A stretch of DNA of 64,000 bases from Anthoceros angustus (lineage: Eukaryota; Plantae; Anthocerotophyta). The position numbers were made by a program, and so were the translations under genes. Under the pieces are notes generated by a model. The model worked only from the letters and a program-made list of their open reading frames with translations, did no database searches and was not told where the DNA came from. Where the stretch lies: NCBI GenBank assembly GCA_010909165.1, contig MU008172.1, positions 1,240,001 through 1,304,000 of the forward strand, read 5' to 3'. This document shows, one piece after another, positions 11,750 to 24,206 of this stretch. The stretch's first letter is position 1; every line of letters starts with the position of its first letter.

Positions 11750-13171
11750 TGTGGACTACGGACTTCCCTTAAGGTTAGGAAATGAGTCGGGTTTTGTTTT
11801 TTTCATAGGTCCGCAGAAATAAGGCGGAAAAGGAGGAATAAGCACGGATGGCGCCGGACTGGCCCGGAGTCCAGGTCCGGCTCATGTGTCCTAGTCTCCT
11901 CCCGTGGAGTTCGTGGGTCCTTCCTCCCGACCCCCACGCTGTCCCAAGTCCTCCTGACCTCTCCTCTATGGCCCCCTCGAGGCCCTCCTCCCGTCCTTCC
12001 ATAGTGGGGTGCGGAGTACTTACCTCAGGCCCAGTGGGGTCCGCCATGTCCGCCTCCGGTGATCCCTTCCCCCGCATCTTATCGCCGCCAAAGCACTCCC
12101 AAGGTCCCGGTGGCCGCACTATCTCCGGGGCCTTCATCCCTCCCTCCTCTGACCCGTCGGAAGGTCCATCAATTTGACGGGGGTGACTCAGGACCTCCAA
12201 AGCCTTGAGGAGCTCCGCATGGTAGTAGGCAAAGTCTGAATTGACTTGTTAAATTGCCTCCTCCACATGTGCCCGGAGCACCCGGTATTCCCTCCTCCAG
12301 AGCTGCTCCAGTAGTTGGGCGTGCTGGCCGCCGGCTTGGCCGAGGCCGCCTCCGCTGCCAGGCCTCGGCCAACTGAAGTCGGGCGGACTCTCTGAGGCTG
12401 CCTCCGACACCTCCTGCAGCCTCTGCTGCTGCTCTGCGTGCTCCTCCTCTCGCTGTCATTGTAGCTCGACCAACTTGTTGGCCATGGAGCTACGTTCCCC
12501 CTCTGCCTTCCGCAGTCGGACCAGCAGCTTCTGCTCCTCTCTCAGAGCCCTCTCCCCTCCATCCATCTTTGCCCGAAGGGCCACCATCTCCCTCCCCAGG
12601 TGGTTCGGCACCTCTGCCCGGCTCCTGACTTCCTCCAGCTCCTTCTCCAACTCAGCGATGTCCATCTCCTTAGTTTGTCGTCGACTCTCCTCCCCCCTCC
12701 AATAGAGCTGGAGACGCTCGATCTCCCGCTCATGGTCCATGATTCTCCCTTTGAGAATTCCATGTCGCTCCACCGTGTCTTGGAGCTCCTGTGGTATCCT
12801 TGATCCTCCGCCTCGCGCCCGCACCTCCGCCTCCATCGCATTCGAGATCCTCTACCTCCCGGGTGCTGGCCTCCCTTTCTCCTTCACGGCTTGCCTGCCT
12901 CGCTTGGCCGCCACCCGCCGGACTTGCGTTAGCCGTACACCTCACTCCTCCACCGGTTTCGATCTCCGGTAGTGGTCCTATCTATCTTTGTCGCTGCTCG
13001 CCTCCCCGCCGCTTTCTCACGCCTCCAGTTCGGTGTTGCTCTGCCGAGCTGCTCGGCCCCCTAGCTCCTTCTCACCGCCTTGGCCTCCTCCGCCTCCTCC
13101 AGCTGCCCCTCCGCTTGCAAAGGTCCTCGCCTTTGCTTGGGCCTCCTATGCAGCTATTCGACATGAAGGAT
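11750..13171 (-). mobile_element. Family B composite: + strand 5' terminus (11750-~11872) fused to an inverted middle segment (11873-13171) containing coiled-coil ORF remnants
   Basis: TGTGGACTACGGACTTCCCTTAAGG at 11750 matches 13172. The minus-strand frames 12456-12836 (coiled coil) and RAHVEEAI.Q..SDFAYY (~12220-12280) match 16036-16100. Segment 11873-12108 duplicates 9404-9641 almost exactly. Confidence 0.75.
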
Positions 13172-13816
13172 TGTGGACTACCGACTTCCCTTAAGGTTAG
13201 GAAATGAGTCCGGTTTGTTTTTTCAGGTCCAAGTAGAAATAAGGCGGAAAAGGAGGAATAAGACGGCGCCCTGATCGGGCCCCGAGTATACACTGACTCG
13301 GAGGGTACCAACCTGCACCACTGGCGAAGCTCCGACCACGCCCGGTAACGGATAAGTCCGGACCCCACTCCGGTCAAAACAGGATAAGTACGCTGGAAAG
13401 TAACTTGAAGTTGAGTCGTGAGGATGCATTTGCGCGCCACGGGACGGCCCCGAGTGGAGGTCGCATGCGCAGTGCGACAGACCCTGGGGCCGCGAGGCAG
13501 GTATTCACGCCCGGACCGCGGGCGGCCGCAGTACGCGGTAAGGCCGAGTAAGCGGAGGCGTAAGGTCGAGTAAGCCATGCACCGCGCTACGACAGGAAGA
13601 GGCACCTTCCCGCCCAAATGGTTACTTCCAACGCGGCCGACGAGGAGGTCATTTCTCCGCAACCTCGAGACACCGCAGCCGGCCCGCAACCCGCCTCGGG
13701 CGCTATCTCTTTGAACGCCAGCATCTCGCTGCTCACCGCTAGCTGGAGCAGCAACGCGCGAAGAGGGCGATCGTGCCGGGTCTCCGCAAGCGCCATGACG
13801 AAGGGAGAAGAAGGCG

Positions 13817-16103
13817 ATGGCACCCAAAAAGGTCATGGAGGTCCGGGAGCCATGGAACCCGGTAGAGCGCAACATTGTGACCCGCGCTATCCGACTTTGG
13901 GCCGGCCGGAGGAAGCGGAGGATTAGTCGAGGAGTGGCACTTAGACGTGTTCCAGTGTCTGGACGCTTGATGTTGTCACCGGGTCCGGAGTTCGCCGGAA
14001 GATGTTGGCGGGCCCAACAAGGAGGTTCGTCCAAGAACCTCCGGAGGATCCTAGGCGATGGACCTTGAGGTCCCGAGGGCGCCTACAACCGCCCAAAGGA
14101 GGAAGATGGGGCGAGTCCCGCAGCCCCTCAAGGCGAGGGAAAGATAGAGCCAAGAAGGGCGGCGCGAGGCTGAACGCAACAACCAACTACCGGTTGATAT
14201 CGACCGGACAACAGAGAGTGAGGGTCAGAGCCCGGATCATTGTCCATTGAACTTGCTCACCAAGGTGGATCACCTTGGTGATAATTCTTGGTGTTCTGCA
14301 TGCGTTGCGGCGGGGAAGAGGCGGGGGGAAGGATTATCTTCGCCGGTTCGATGAGAGGCCCATGGTGAGGCGAGAAGCCCTCGCCATCTGGACTATCCCC
14401 ATACGATCCATGTATGGGGACATTACACTCTGAAGGATGGGGAGATCGGCGGGCGCTCGGAAGGGTTGGCGGCCCTACGAGCGAGGCGGGCAAGGCGGCG
14501 CTGAGGGGCCCGACCCCTAGGAGCGAGTCGGGAGGAGGCGGGGAAGGATCGGACTCCATCGTGGAGGCGGACCCCCTCACCACCAGTGTGGGAATATCCA
14601 CTTCCCTCCTCTTGTGCCTCGGGCCAGTCTGGAGGAGAGGCAGGCGGCAGCGGCCCGGCACCGGCCACAGCGGCGAGCCCGGCGGACTGGGGGCAGAAAA
14701 GGCGGAAGGCGGTGCCATCCCTTCTGACACCTCAGTGGTGCACAGCCTCTACCCTGCAGTGGCAAGTGAGGCGGTGAAGAAGCGAAGGGGCCAAAGGCGG
14801 GTCAGCAACCCCACCAGTCACATCGCCGGAGAGGCAAGGGTCGCTCGAACCCCCTCACACCTCAAGGCCCAGGTGGCTGGGAACTCGGCAATCGGGACCT
14901 AAGGGGGCTGATTAGGTCGAGAACCAGTCAGGACTTACTCGGGGCTGTGTATGGAGGTCCTTGGCGGACGTGAAATGCCCGCTCCCTCACGGACTTTGTG
15001 GGGTCTCACCGGTGGCGGCCGTGGAAGAAACACACGGGTCACAGCTAGTCATGGGACGGTATGCTTTGGGGTCTCTGGGACGAAGACCCGGAGTAAAGCC
15101 ACCCGGGCGTATGGTGCTCCTCCGGGAGGCGGTTGGAGGCCCAGGCGGAGGAAGGCGAAGCTCTCGGCCGCATCGAAGAAGAAGCGGAGGCCGAGAGGAA
15201 GTCTCCATTCGGGGACGGACTAAATTCCTTCTGGGTGGCGGTGAGCGAGCCTGAGAGGCCCAAGCAGTGAAGACCTCTGCAGGCGGAGGAGTAGCGCGGC
15301 GGGAGGCGGAGGCGGCGCAAGCGGAAAGGCTCGTGACTGGCAGGCGGAGGACCCGGTAGCCAAGTGGCGAAGCCAGTGAAAGCGGCGAGGAGGCGGAAGC
15401 CCGGCTAAGGCCGTGATCACTATCGGCGTGATCGGAATCGGTGGAGGAGGCGAGGATAGCTGCAGCTAACGAAGGAGGAGGCGGGCAGTGCAGGCCATGC
15501 AGGAGGAGGAAGCCGCGGCAAGATGGAGGATCTCGGTCTCGATTGCGTGAGGTGGAGCGGCGGAGGAGATGGAAGACCGCAAGGAGACTCGGCTGCGGCT
15601 CAAGTTACCATTGAGGAATGTGTCTGCGGGCGTGATCTCGGATCACGAGCGAGAAAGCTCCGGCTCTGGCAGACGGAGGAGTAAGGCGATGGAGCAGGAG
15701 GCGGGGCGTCGCGAAATGGAGAAGGACACAGGCGAAGCCGCAATCAGCGAGTTGCCCGACCTGGAGAGGAGATGGGCGGAGCGGCGAATAAGCGGGGGCG
15801 AAACCTGGGCCGAGAAAAAGGCTGGTCCGATTAAGGAAGGCGGAAGGGCTGCGCTATGGCGTAAGTAGCGTGGCGGCGAGCAGCGGGGCTGGGCGGTGAA
15901 CAGCGGCGGTTGCGGAGGTGGCCGGCGGCCCTTGTGGCCTCGCGAGACTCGGCCAGCTCCAGCCGAACGGGGAGGATGGTCCAACAAGCGGACGGCCGCT
16001 CGACTCCGGAGCACCAATGGCGAAGAGTATCAGTGCTCGGGCACATGTGGAAGAGGCAATCCGGCAAATTGATTCGGACTTTGCCTATTACCAGGCTCCT
16101 TAA
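13817..16103 (+). pseudogene. Family B internal ORF (MAPKKVMEVREPW...; coiled-coil C-terminal half), frameshifted
   Basis: Successive + strand frames run from MAPKK to ...ARAHVEEAIRQIDSDFAYYQAP. The C-terminal motif is conserved in the inverted copy. No gag or pol motifs. Confidence 0.5.
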
Positions 16104-16823
16104 GACATTGGCACCTCTCGGCCCCGCAAATAGGCGGACCCACAGGCTCGGAAGGGATGAAGGGCAGGGGACGGCAGGGGACTCTAGTGGCCACTGTTTG
16201 GAGGCAGGCGGGAGAAGAGCATCAAGGAGGCGGGGCCTAGCGAATCCCGGGGTAAGTCAGCAACTGCTCGGGAAGATAGGCGGGGGCCTTGAAGGAGGTG
16301 GAAGGAGGAAGCCGAGGCCAAGACAAGGAGTCGGTGGGAAGGATGAGGACCTAGCGATGGTCCGGAGTAAGTCGGAGCGTGGAGGCCGGACCCGGTAATA
16401 AGATCGGACCTTGAGGTCAGAACCCCGAATGAGGCCGGACCAGAGGCCGGACTCGGAAGCGAGACTCAGGGTTGGACTCGGGAGTCGAGGACGGACCAGG
16501 GTCGGACTCGAAATGAGGAGTCCCCTTGACTTCGTTGGGGAAGAGGCAGTCGGTGGCCCTCGGAGGGGACCGGGGAACGAGCAGCGTTGTGGTAGCGGTC
16601 GTCGGCCGCCGCCGTGTATGGCGGATTCGGGAGGAAGGGGTCGCGGATCATCCGATTGGGTGGCCAGCTGTCGGTAGGAGATTGGACCAATCCGTGAACA
16701 GGACCTTCCAGACCGGCCAGCGAAGGAGATAGGAGGGAGGAATAGGATGGTAGGCGGCCGATTAGGGCGTCTTGGTGGCCAGGCTCGAATAGGGGTGTAA
16801 TAAAGGCGCCGACCTCGGCGTAG

Positions 16824-16850
16824 TATAAGAGGCGGCTCTAAGTAAAGTAT
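16824..16850 (+). promoter_or_regulatory. Candidate LTR TATA box and poly(A)-like signal of family B
   Basis: GTATAAGAGG...AAGTAAAG, conserved at ~18556 (TATAAAGAGG...AAGTAAA) and in reverse complement at ~8900. Confidence 0.5.
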
Positions 16851-17411
16851 CTTTCTCTTGGTGTTGATCGCGTTCTTGCAGACCCTTGTCGTCTTCTTGC
16901 TAACGTGAGTCTGAGTCAGGCGAGCCACGGCTCGGGAGGCCCGGTCAAGGTTCGGTGGGACCCTAACGTGTGTGGTGTGTGCGGGGAAGGGTGGCGGGAC
17001 CCGTGCTGCGTCGAGCAGCGAGAGGGAGCGTGTGGTAGGAGAGGACTCGGGAGGCGTGTAGAGCCGGACGGAAGGCAGCGAGCAGCGGAGGAGGTCGGGG
17101 CATGTAGCCCAGCGTTTTTCCCTAAGGCGATAAGTGTAGTGTGAGTGGAGAGAGAGGAGCGGACTAGAGGTGCGGTGACAACGTGAGCGATCGGGTGAAG
17201 GTCCCTAAGCGTTTAGCCACCGGGCTGTGCGGTGAGCGTTGCGAGTAGTTAGATGCGGTGATGAATGTGTGCGTTGAGGCGAGCAGACGCAAAGTGAAGT
17301 AAGAATCGTCGAAGCAGCGACAAGCGGGCCTATCATTCCCTTGAGCGGACTCCTTCCTACAGCGACCTTGGGATTGTCGCTAGGCCTTGGCCGGCGTGAA
17401 GTCGCGCCACA

Positions 17412-17630
17412 GTCATCCAAGGGAGGTTGTATGTGGAAGGCCTCCTATAAGAGGAGGAGGATTTCACAAAGTAAAGTATCACGTCTTGCGCCCATACTCA
17501 TGAGTCCTTTGCCTCAGAAGGAATTTCGTCACTGTGAGCCAAGCGATGCGGTAGAGGAAGTCGCGGTGGTGAGTGTGGTGGAGGCTTGCTCAGCAAGCGC
17601 CTTGTGAAGTTCTTGTGAGGGAGCTAAGCG
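17412..17630 (+). mobile_element. Short fragment of the family C LTR (TATA region)
   Basis: CAAGGGAGGTTGTATGTGGAAGGCCTCCTATAAGAGGAGGAGG matches 23229 and 50243. Homology fades after ~17630. Confidence 0.85.
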
Positions 17631-19041
17631 CCTCTTGTCTCAACCTATGTATTCTCAATAATAATAATCAATAGTACAAAATGTCACTATAAGTGTTTGT
17701 TACCATGCACCCCTTCGACTAAGCAACCCTTCATACATTCGGCCCTAATAAATAACCAGCAAGTAAGCGAGTAATCCTAACGATAAACCTTGTCCGTAAG
17801 AACCTTAACTCGTCACACTCCCTCTCGAGCGCAACGAGCTACACGTTAAGTCCTTGCTGTGGCCACGAGATCCCGCTACTAGCCTCGCCATCCACCGCTA
17901 TCGAGTGCTTGCCGTAGATAACCATGGAGTCTCGTACGCTACCACCTAATGCTATTTGAACTTATGCTCTTCACTGTGATCCAACTCGATCAAATTGGTC
18001 ACAATGAGAACCAGAGCGGCAAGTGATTACAGCAATAAGCGGGGCCTTGGGAAGCGCCAAGGATGGAATACGCCAGCAAGCTGCTACACGGTCCAGCGGT
18101 AAAGTCGGAGCTTGGGGACGGACCCGGTAATAAGTTCGGACCACGAGTCGAACCCCAGATGACGGACCCAAGAGGCCGGACTCGGGAATAAAGAGACTCC
18201 GAGTCGAGGCGGACCTCGAGGTCGGACTCAAATGAGGGCCCCCTCAGGCTTCGGCTGAAGAGATCGGTGGCCTCTAGGAAGGGACCCCGGGGGGCGGGGG
18301 CAGCGTTGTGTGTGGCGGAGTCAGGCCATGGCCGTAACAACTGGCGGATTAGGGAAGGAGGGGTCCCGCCTCATGATCATCCGATTAGATGCGCCATAGC
18401 CACGGAGATTGGACCACCAATCCGGCGGAACCGGGACCTTCCAGCCCCAGCCGTGAAGGAGATAGGAGGAGGAATAGGATGGTGGCGGCGATTAGGGCGT
18501 CTTGGTAATACCAGCTCGAGAATAGTGTAATAAAGGGCGCCGACTTGGGCGTGGTATAAAGAGGCCGAGGCTCTAAGTAAATCATCTTTCTTGGGGTGAA
18601 GCGTTTTCTTGCAAACCCCTTGTGAGTCTTCTTGCTAACGTGAGGCTGAGTCACGCACAGCGACCGGGCAGATCCGGTCACGGTGGCGGACCCTAGCGTG
18701 TGGTGGTGTGTGCGAGGAAGAGCGACAGGACCTTGCTCGAGGCGGTGGCCGTCGGGCAGACGGTGAGCGAGAGGGACTCGGGAGGCGTGTAGAGCCGGAC
18801 GGAGGCCTCGGTAGAACGACTTGAGGAGGTCCGGATCTTGCCAGCCACCTCAAAGGCGGCTTTCTCAAGAGAGACGACGAGTGTAGTAAGAGTAGTGAGA
18901 GGAATCTGACTAGAGGAACGTGTGAGGAACGCCAGGATTCTAACGAGAACGATACTGGACGCCGGGACGGGTCCTTAAACGCGTCATTGGCCACACCCCG
19001 GCACATGCGTATGTGAACTTGCGAGTAGTTAGAGCCTAGGA

Positions 19042-22000
19042 CGTGGAACTAAAAAGTTTGGGCAACTGGCACCCAAAAGAGCCCTTCAAGACGAACAAGT
19101 TTGATTTTTGGCTAGGAACGATTGAAGAGGAGCATGCCAGGAAATTTTCTGAGAATCTTGAAGCTGGAGTTGTAGGATATTGTTAGGAAGGCGAAGAGGA
19201 TATCCGAGGAAGAAGAACGGGTCAAAACGACCCCAGCAAGGCAGAATGGCAGTCCGAAAGGGCGGTAGGCTGGCAGACTACCGCCGTAGGCTGCCACACT
19301 ACGTCGGTAGGCTGAGAGGAAGGGCAGACTACCGGGGTAGGCTGACGAGATCTTGGACAAAAAGGGAAATTAGGATAGGGAGATATCCACTATATATGCC
19401 CACCAATAGTGGACTAGATAAATGGGTCAGAATAGGAAATTAAAAGCTAGATTGGGCCGTTAGGAAACTAGGTGGAAATAGTATCTTAGTATAAGAGGAA
19501 TTGGGAAACTCCAATCAACTGTGGAAAAGGTGCGACGTGGTGCATATCCAAGGGCAGAGTAGATTGGTAGTTACCATTCCTAACCCCCAAGTTATCTTTA
19601 TAATCTGCTGCATGTGTGTAGGAGGTCACAACTTGAAGGTGAGGAAGCGCCAACACTGCAGAAGGCGCCACACCAAGAGAGAAGAGCCCCACACGATGTT
19701 ACGATACGTCGTGCGGGGATAGAGAAGAGGGGCGCAAGCTAGGCAGAGAGGAAAATAGGCAAGACAAGTAGGGGCAAGAAGAAGAAGGAAGGAAAGGGTG
19801 GAAGGAAGAAGGCAATGCTTGCCCAAGCCCAAAGGTGTTGGGAAGAGCAAGGCATGTCAAAATTGAAGAGAAATTGCGGAGAAGGGACTCTCAACTTGCT
19901 AGAAGATGTAAGAATCCGTGAACCTTAGAGAATTCCTTCTTCAAATCACAACAATTGGAAACTCGTAGAAAAGCAAGGGTATAAGAGCTAGGGGTGTGAG
20001 CAAGGGCGAGGTCAAGGCCGGGTGTGTGTGTGGAAATTGCAAGGAGCTGGAAGGTTCTTGGCATCCATTCGAGATTGTCCATCTCAGGCCAAGCATGGAA
20101 AGACCATTGCCTTTTATGACACTCGGAGGACAGGCATCGTCAAGCGCTGCAGATCAAGGCTGGAGGACTGCGAAGGAAGAGGAGGAAGCGGTGGTAGAAG
20201 GAGGGGTTGCTGCGGGAGGAGGAGGAAACCTCCATGAGCGAGCCCCAGAGGAGCTCAAGAGATGCAGCGGATAGGGCCAAATGGTGTATAGGGAGGCGCC
20301 TACCATGGTAGGTGCACACCCTACCGTGATAGGAACAACACGTACAAGGGTGAGTGGGGTACCCACTGCCAGGTACCCAAAGAGTGGGTAGGCAGCCTCG
20401 TTGGTAGGCAGCCCTCTGAGGAAGGGAATTGGAGTGCCTAGCACATGTTGCGGGGTGAAGGCCACAAGGCGAAGGATGAAGAAGAGAGAGAGCTGAGTTA
20501 TGGTGCACCAATGCTAGTCATTTGCAAGAGGAGGCCATGGCGGTCAAGCATGTGGAAGTACTTGCGTGGAGTAATGATGTGAGGATGGCATGATAGGGCC
20601 GTGTCGAACTAGGAGGCCATGGCAAGCTGAATTTGAAGTTGGGGCTGCAAGATGGAGGTGGCACAGCCACAGGAAGGCAGTATTGCAGATGGGCTGCAAT
20701 ATGGTGAAGGAATCGCAATGGGGTGTGCATCATGAAGGCAAAATTCGCAGTTGGGCTGCAAGTAGGTGTGAAGGGAGGTCGTTGTGGTGGCCGCGAGGAG
20801 AATTGGGCAGCAAGGTAGGCTGATTCGAGAGTTGGTGAAGGAGTTCGCTAAGGAGAAATGTGGAGAAGGAGCTTGGTGAGGAGTTCAATAATGAAACAAA
20901 ATGTATGCAAGATATGCACAAGGAACTTGGTGTGTTGGATATGGATATAAGAACTCGAGTTAAGCGTCCTGCGGATCACTCGGATGGGGTGCCTTTTGTG
21001 AGGAGTATGAGCTTATATTTGCAAAAGACACAGGAGCTGATTGGGAAAGTTCTTAGTAGGAGTTGCGGTGACGGCAATTTTGGAGGCTGAGGATTGAGCT
21101 TTTCCTTGGGTTTTGATGGGTAGGATGGTCTCTATGGGAGCCTAGGGCCAAGGAGATGCAGGGAATGTTGCTCTTGCACAAGAGCTGAAGGATTGATGAC
21201 TTAAGAGCCTTCTTGGTGCAAACCAACTAGGGTCTTGAATTTGTGCAAGATGGATGGAAAGGATCCTTAGATTCATGGTGGGGATTGATGGCTACGATAG
21301 AAATTAGAGGTTATGGCTGGTCTGCGAAATAATGGATGGGATATGGCCACATGCTTGCGAACCACTCAAATCTATGGCTGCAATTTAGGAGCTCTGCTAT
21401 AATTGTCATGAGAAGACCGAGCGTCTAAAAGTGCAGAGGGAGTGAGCTAGAGCTTGTGTGTGCTCACTGTGTGTGTGCCTTCTTAAGAGTGATGCCGCCA
21501 TCTCCTCTTGGTGTTCTCTTTCTTGTGGCAATTTCTTGGGTCTTGGTGTGCCTTGGCTTGGTTTTGAGAGTGAATTTCTTCTAAGAGGGACGTCCTTAGT
21601 GTTCTTGGTGCTTAGCTTGGTGTTTGTTCTCCTCATGGGATTGCTAAGAGCCAAGCGAGGATGAGGCGGTTCGAGGAAGCGGTGTGGATGCCGTGAAGGG
21701 TTTCAAGGCCAAGAAACCCCAACTCATGAAGCATGGTGGTAGTTTGGAGTGTAAACCCATTGCCAAAAATATTGGGCGATGGCATGGTGTGTGGAGGCCT
21801 ACAATAATTGTGAAGAGGAGGATGCTTGGGCCCACGATGATGATAGGGAGGCCCTCATGCAGTAAGCCGGGGCCTTAGATTTTGATGAGGTCACAAGCGA
21901 TATGGACTCCGAGGAGTTTGGAGAAGAAATGGCGAGAGAGCCCATAGTGCCATAAGGAAAGGGAAGAAGGCAACCTACCACGGTAGGGGAGGCGCCTACC

Positions 22001-24206
22001 CAGGCGGGCAGCCCACGTGGTCCGTCGAAGGAGGCAATGGATGCAAGTGCTATTGAGGGGAGAGCGATGGTAGGGGAGGCAAGTACTTTGGCCCCAGAGA
22101 TGTTAAGGAGGAGGTTGTCTCCCTAGGAGAATGAAAATCACAAAGAGGAGCTCAACCTACCAACATAAGTGCAGCAAGGAGGTCACTTGTTCCACAAGTG
22201 AAGGAGAGGAGGATGAGTCCTCGCGCCAAAGGAAGGAGATGGCGCGGGAGCAAGGTAGGGGTCACCCTACCACGGTGAGTGACCACCCTACCACTGTAGT
22301 CTGCCGGACTACCGTGGTGCACACCCTGCGGTGTCGCGGACTACGTGGGCGTGCTCGGGCGTGGGACGAGGGGAGCCAGCCGAAGGCCCGATTGAGGATG
22401 GAGCGGGGGATCCAACATGCCCCTAAGATAGATGATAAGGTGGTTGAGGGAGCAATGCCACGGAGGAGACCAAGGCGGGTATGGCCCGTGAAGGGAGGGT
22501 AAGAAATTCCCTCACCCCACGGATAAGGGAGCCGGGCCAAGAGGAGACCAACGCAAAGAAGGCCCGAGGAATTAGCGAGGTGACAACATCACAAATGGGG
22601 AGGAACCTTTGAAGACATGCTCCATAATAGGTATGGACAAATCAAACAACAGGAAAGGAGCAAAAGGATCTCAACCCTGTGGACCATCACCGATGAGGAA
22701 GAGGGGAAGGAGATAGGGACCGACTACCATGGTAGGTAGTCACCTACCCGGTAGTCCGGACTACCGCGGTAGGGTGCCCTTTGAAGGAGCGGTCGTGGGT
22801 GGAGGCTAGAAGATGGGCCATTCGAGTGCGGAAGGCGCGATTGCCCGGATGGCAAGAGGAATCGGGCGCCGCCCAGAGGGGAAGAAGGGCAGGAAGGTAC
22901 TTGCCCAAAGGTCGGAAGGCGGGAAGGTACTTGCCCAAAAGTCATGAGTCGGGGAAGACCAGCAAAAGGGAAGACCAGCAGCAAAGGGGATGAGAAGACC
23001 AATCGAGGGAACCCGTTGCCACCCCAAGATAAGGATGATTGTCAATGACCATAAATGAGCTTTGGGGAATGGGAAGGATAGGTGGTGGGTTGGCAACATT
23101 AAAGAGTGGCCATAGGTGAAGTTGCTAGAATAGAATTTACCTAGGATCGACAGAGACTTAGATGCCAGCCTTAAATCTGGCGGTAGGAAATAATAGAATA
23201 TTGGAAAAGGTGACTGCGGAGGGTCACCCAAGGGAGGTTGTATGTGGAAGGCCTCCTATAAGAGGAGGAGGATTTCACAAATAAAGTATCATGTCTTGCG
23301 CTTCCACGCTCAGAGTCCTTTGCCATTACTGGAGGAATTTCGTGCCGGTGAGCCAACACTATCTCGGTAGAGAGGAAGTCGCGGTGGTCGGAGTGCTTGG
23401 TGGAGGACTTGCTCAAGTGTGCCTAAACGAGTTGCTCCCTTGTGAATGGTTCTTTGAAATTGCTTTGCTTTGGGTGTGTGGCAAATGCCCGGAGAACTCT
23501 CGGCTTGAGGGTAGACTACAGGAAAGACTCCTGGAGGTTCTCGTCAGTGTCAAACTCATAGCAACCGCCCAAGGAAGAACTTGCTGGTGGAGGCGGACCC
23601 AGGCGGTTGTCGTAAGGCGAGTCGAAACCGATGGCCGAACCGAGGTTAGACTAGGAGGAAGAGGATGAGGAGATGAGAAGATGAGTAGAGGATTAGAGGT
23701 GTAGGTGTTAGTGGAAGGCCACGAGCCTAAGGGACGAATCCCAAATCTGCAAGTAAAGAGCGCTCACAGTGGAGAAGAGTAGCCTTAAGTAGGGACGAAA
23801 TCGCGGTGTGAACGGGGGTCCCAGGCGCCGTGGTAGGCTCCTTCTGAGGCGGACACACAATTGTTGTGTCGTTGTAGGTCGAGTTGGTCTTAGAAGTAGG
23901 GACGAATCGGTGTGAACCAGGGGTCCCCTGGCGCCCGTGATAGACTCCTCTGAGGCGGGACCTGCAGCTTGTTCGTTGTGGGTCAAGGGTTGGCGATTTT
24001 CAAGCTGCAAGCGTGCGGCGTGAGGGGAGAGTAGTGGGCGCCTTGCTTGTTGAGAAGGGTGAGTTGTGCAGTAGCGATTGGTGACCACAAGGCCTCGAAT
24101 TTTCACACAAGTCTCATGGGGACGAAACCCAACGTCTGACGGCGGTGGGATAAGTGTGTGGCGCTATAGTGGGAGGACCTTGGGAGTGCCCCGTTCTCCT
24201 ACCACG
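19042..24206 (+). mobile_element. Family C solo giant LTR (~5.17 kb) with a decayed internal ORF
   Basis: Starts CGTGGAACTAAAAAGTTTGGGCAAC (compare TGTGGAATATAAAAGTTTGGGCAACC at 48809, minus) and ends CCTACCACG (compare CCTACCACA at 51083). Host B sequence is continuous across it. Degenerate TSD TAGGA/CAGGC. Confidence 0.75.
23257..23290 (+). promoter_or_regulatory. Candidate U3/R TATA box and AATAAA-like signal of the family C LTR
   Basis: CTATAAGAGG...AAATAAAG, conserved at 17447 and 50271 and as CTATAAAAGG on the minus strand at ~33850. Confidence 0.55.

Larger units (their letters stand above)
13172..17411 (+). mobile_element. Family B full unit (~4.24 kb, TGTGG...CCACA), probable solo giant LTR with an internal ORF
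   Basis: The same 5' terminus occurs at 11750 and 13172, and the same 3' terminus at 8311 and 17411, each with different flanks. TATAAG lies at 16824, about 590 bp from the 3' end. No TSD (AGGAT versus GTCAT). Confidence 0.6.

Noticed and set aside
13072-14034. 320-aa minus-strand ORF and many other Arg/Pro/Ser-rich ORFs (for example 24324-25064, 16257-16928, 60799-61494)
   Set aside because: These are shadow frames in GC-rich repeat DNA, opposite or overlapping recognisable TE sequence, with no domain motifs.
23229-23245. AAGGGAGGT followed by TGTATG read as PPT plus the start of a ~0.8-kb LTR (also at 17420, 42144 and 50243), implying tandem elements that share an LTR
   Set aside because: It would place the TATA box only ~20 bp from the LTR start. 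The tract is not conserved in the 32769-36818 copy, and the TSD-bounded solo unit extends about 3 kb further upstream. It is kept only as the alternative to test.
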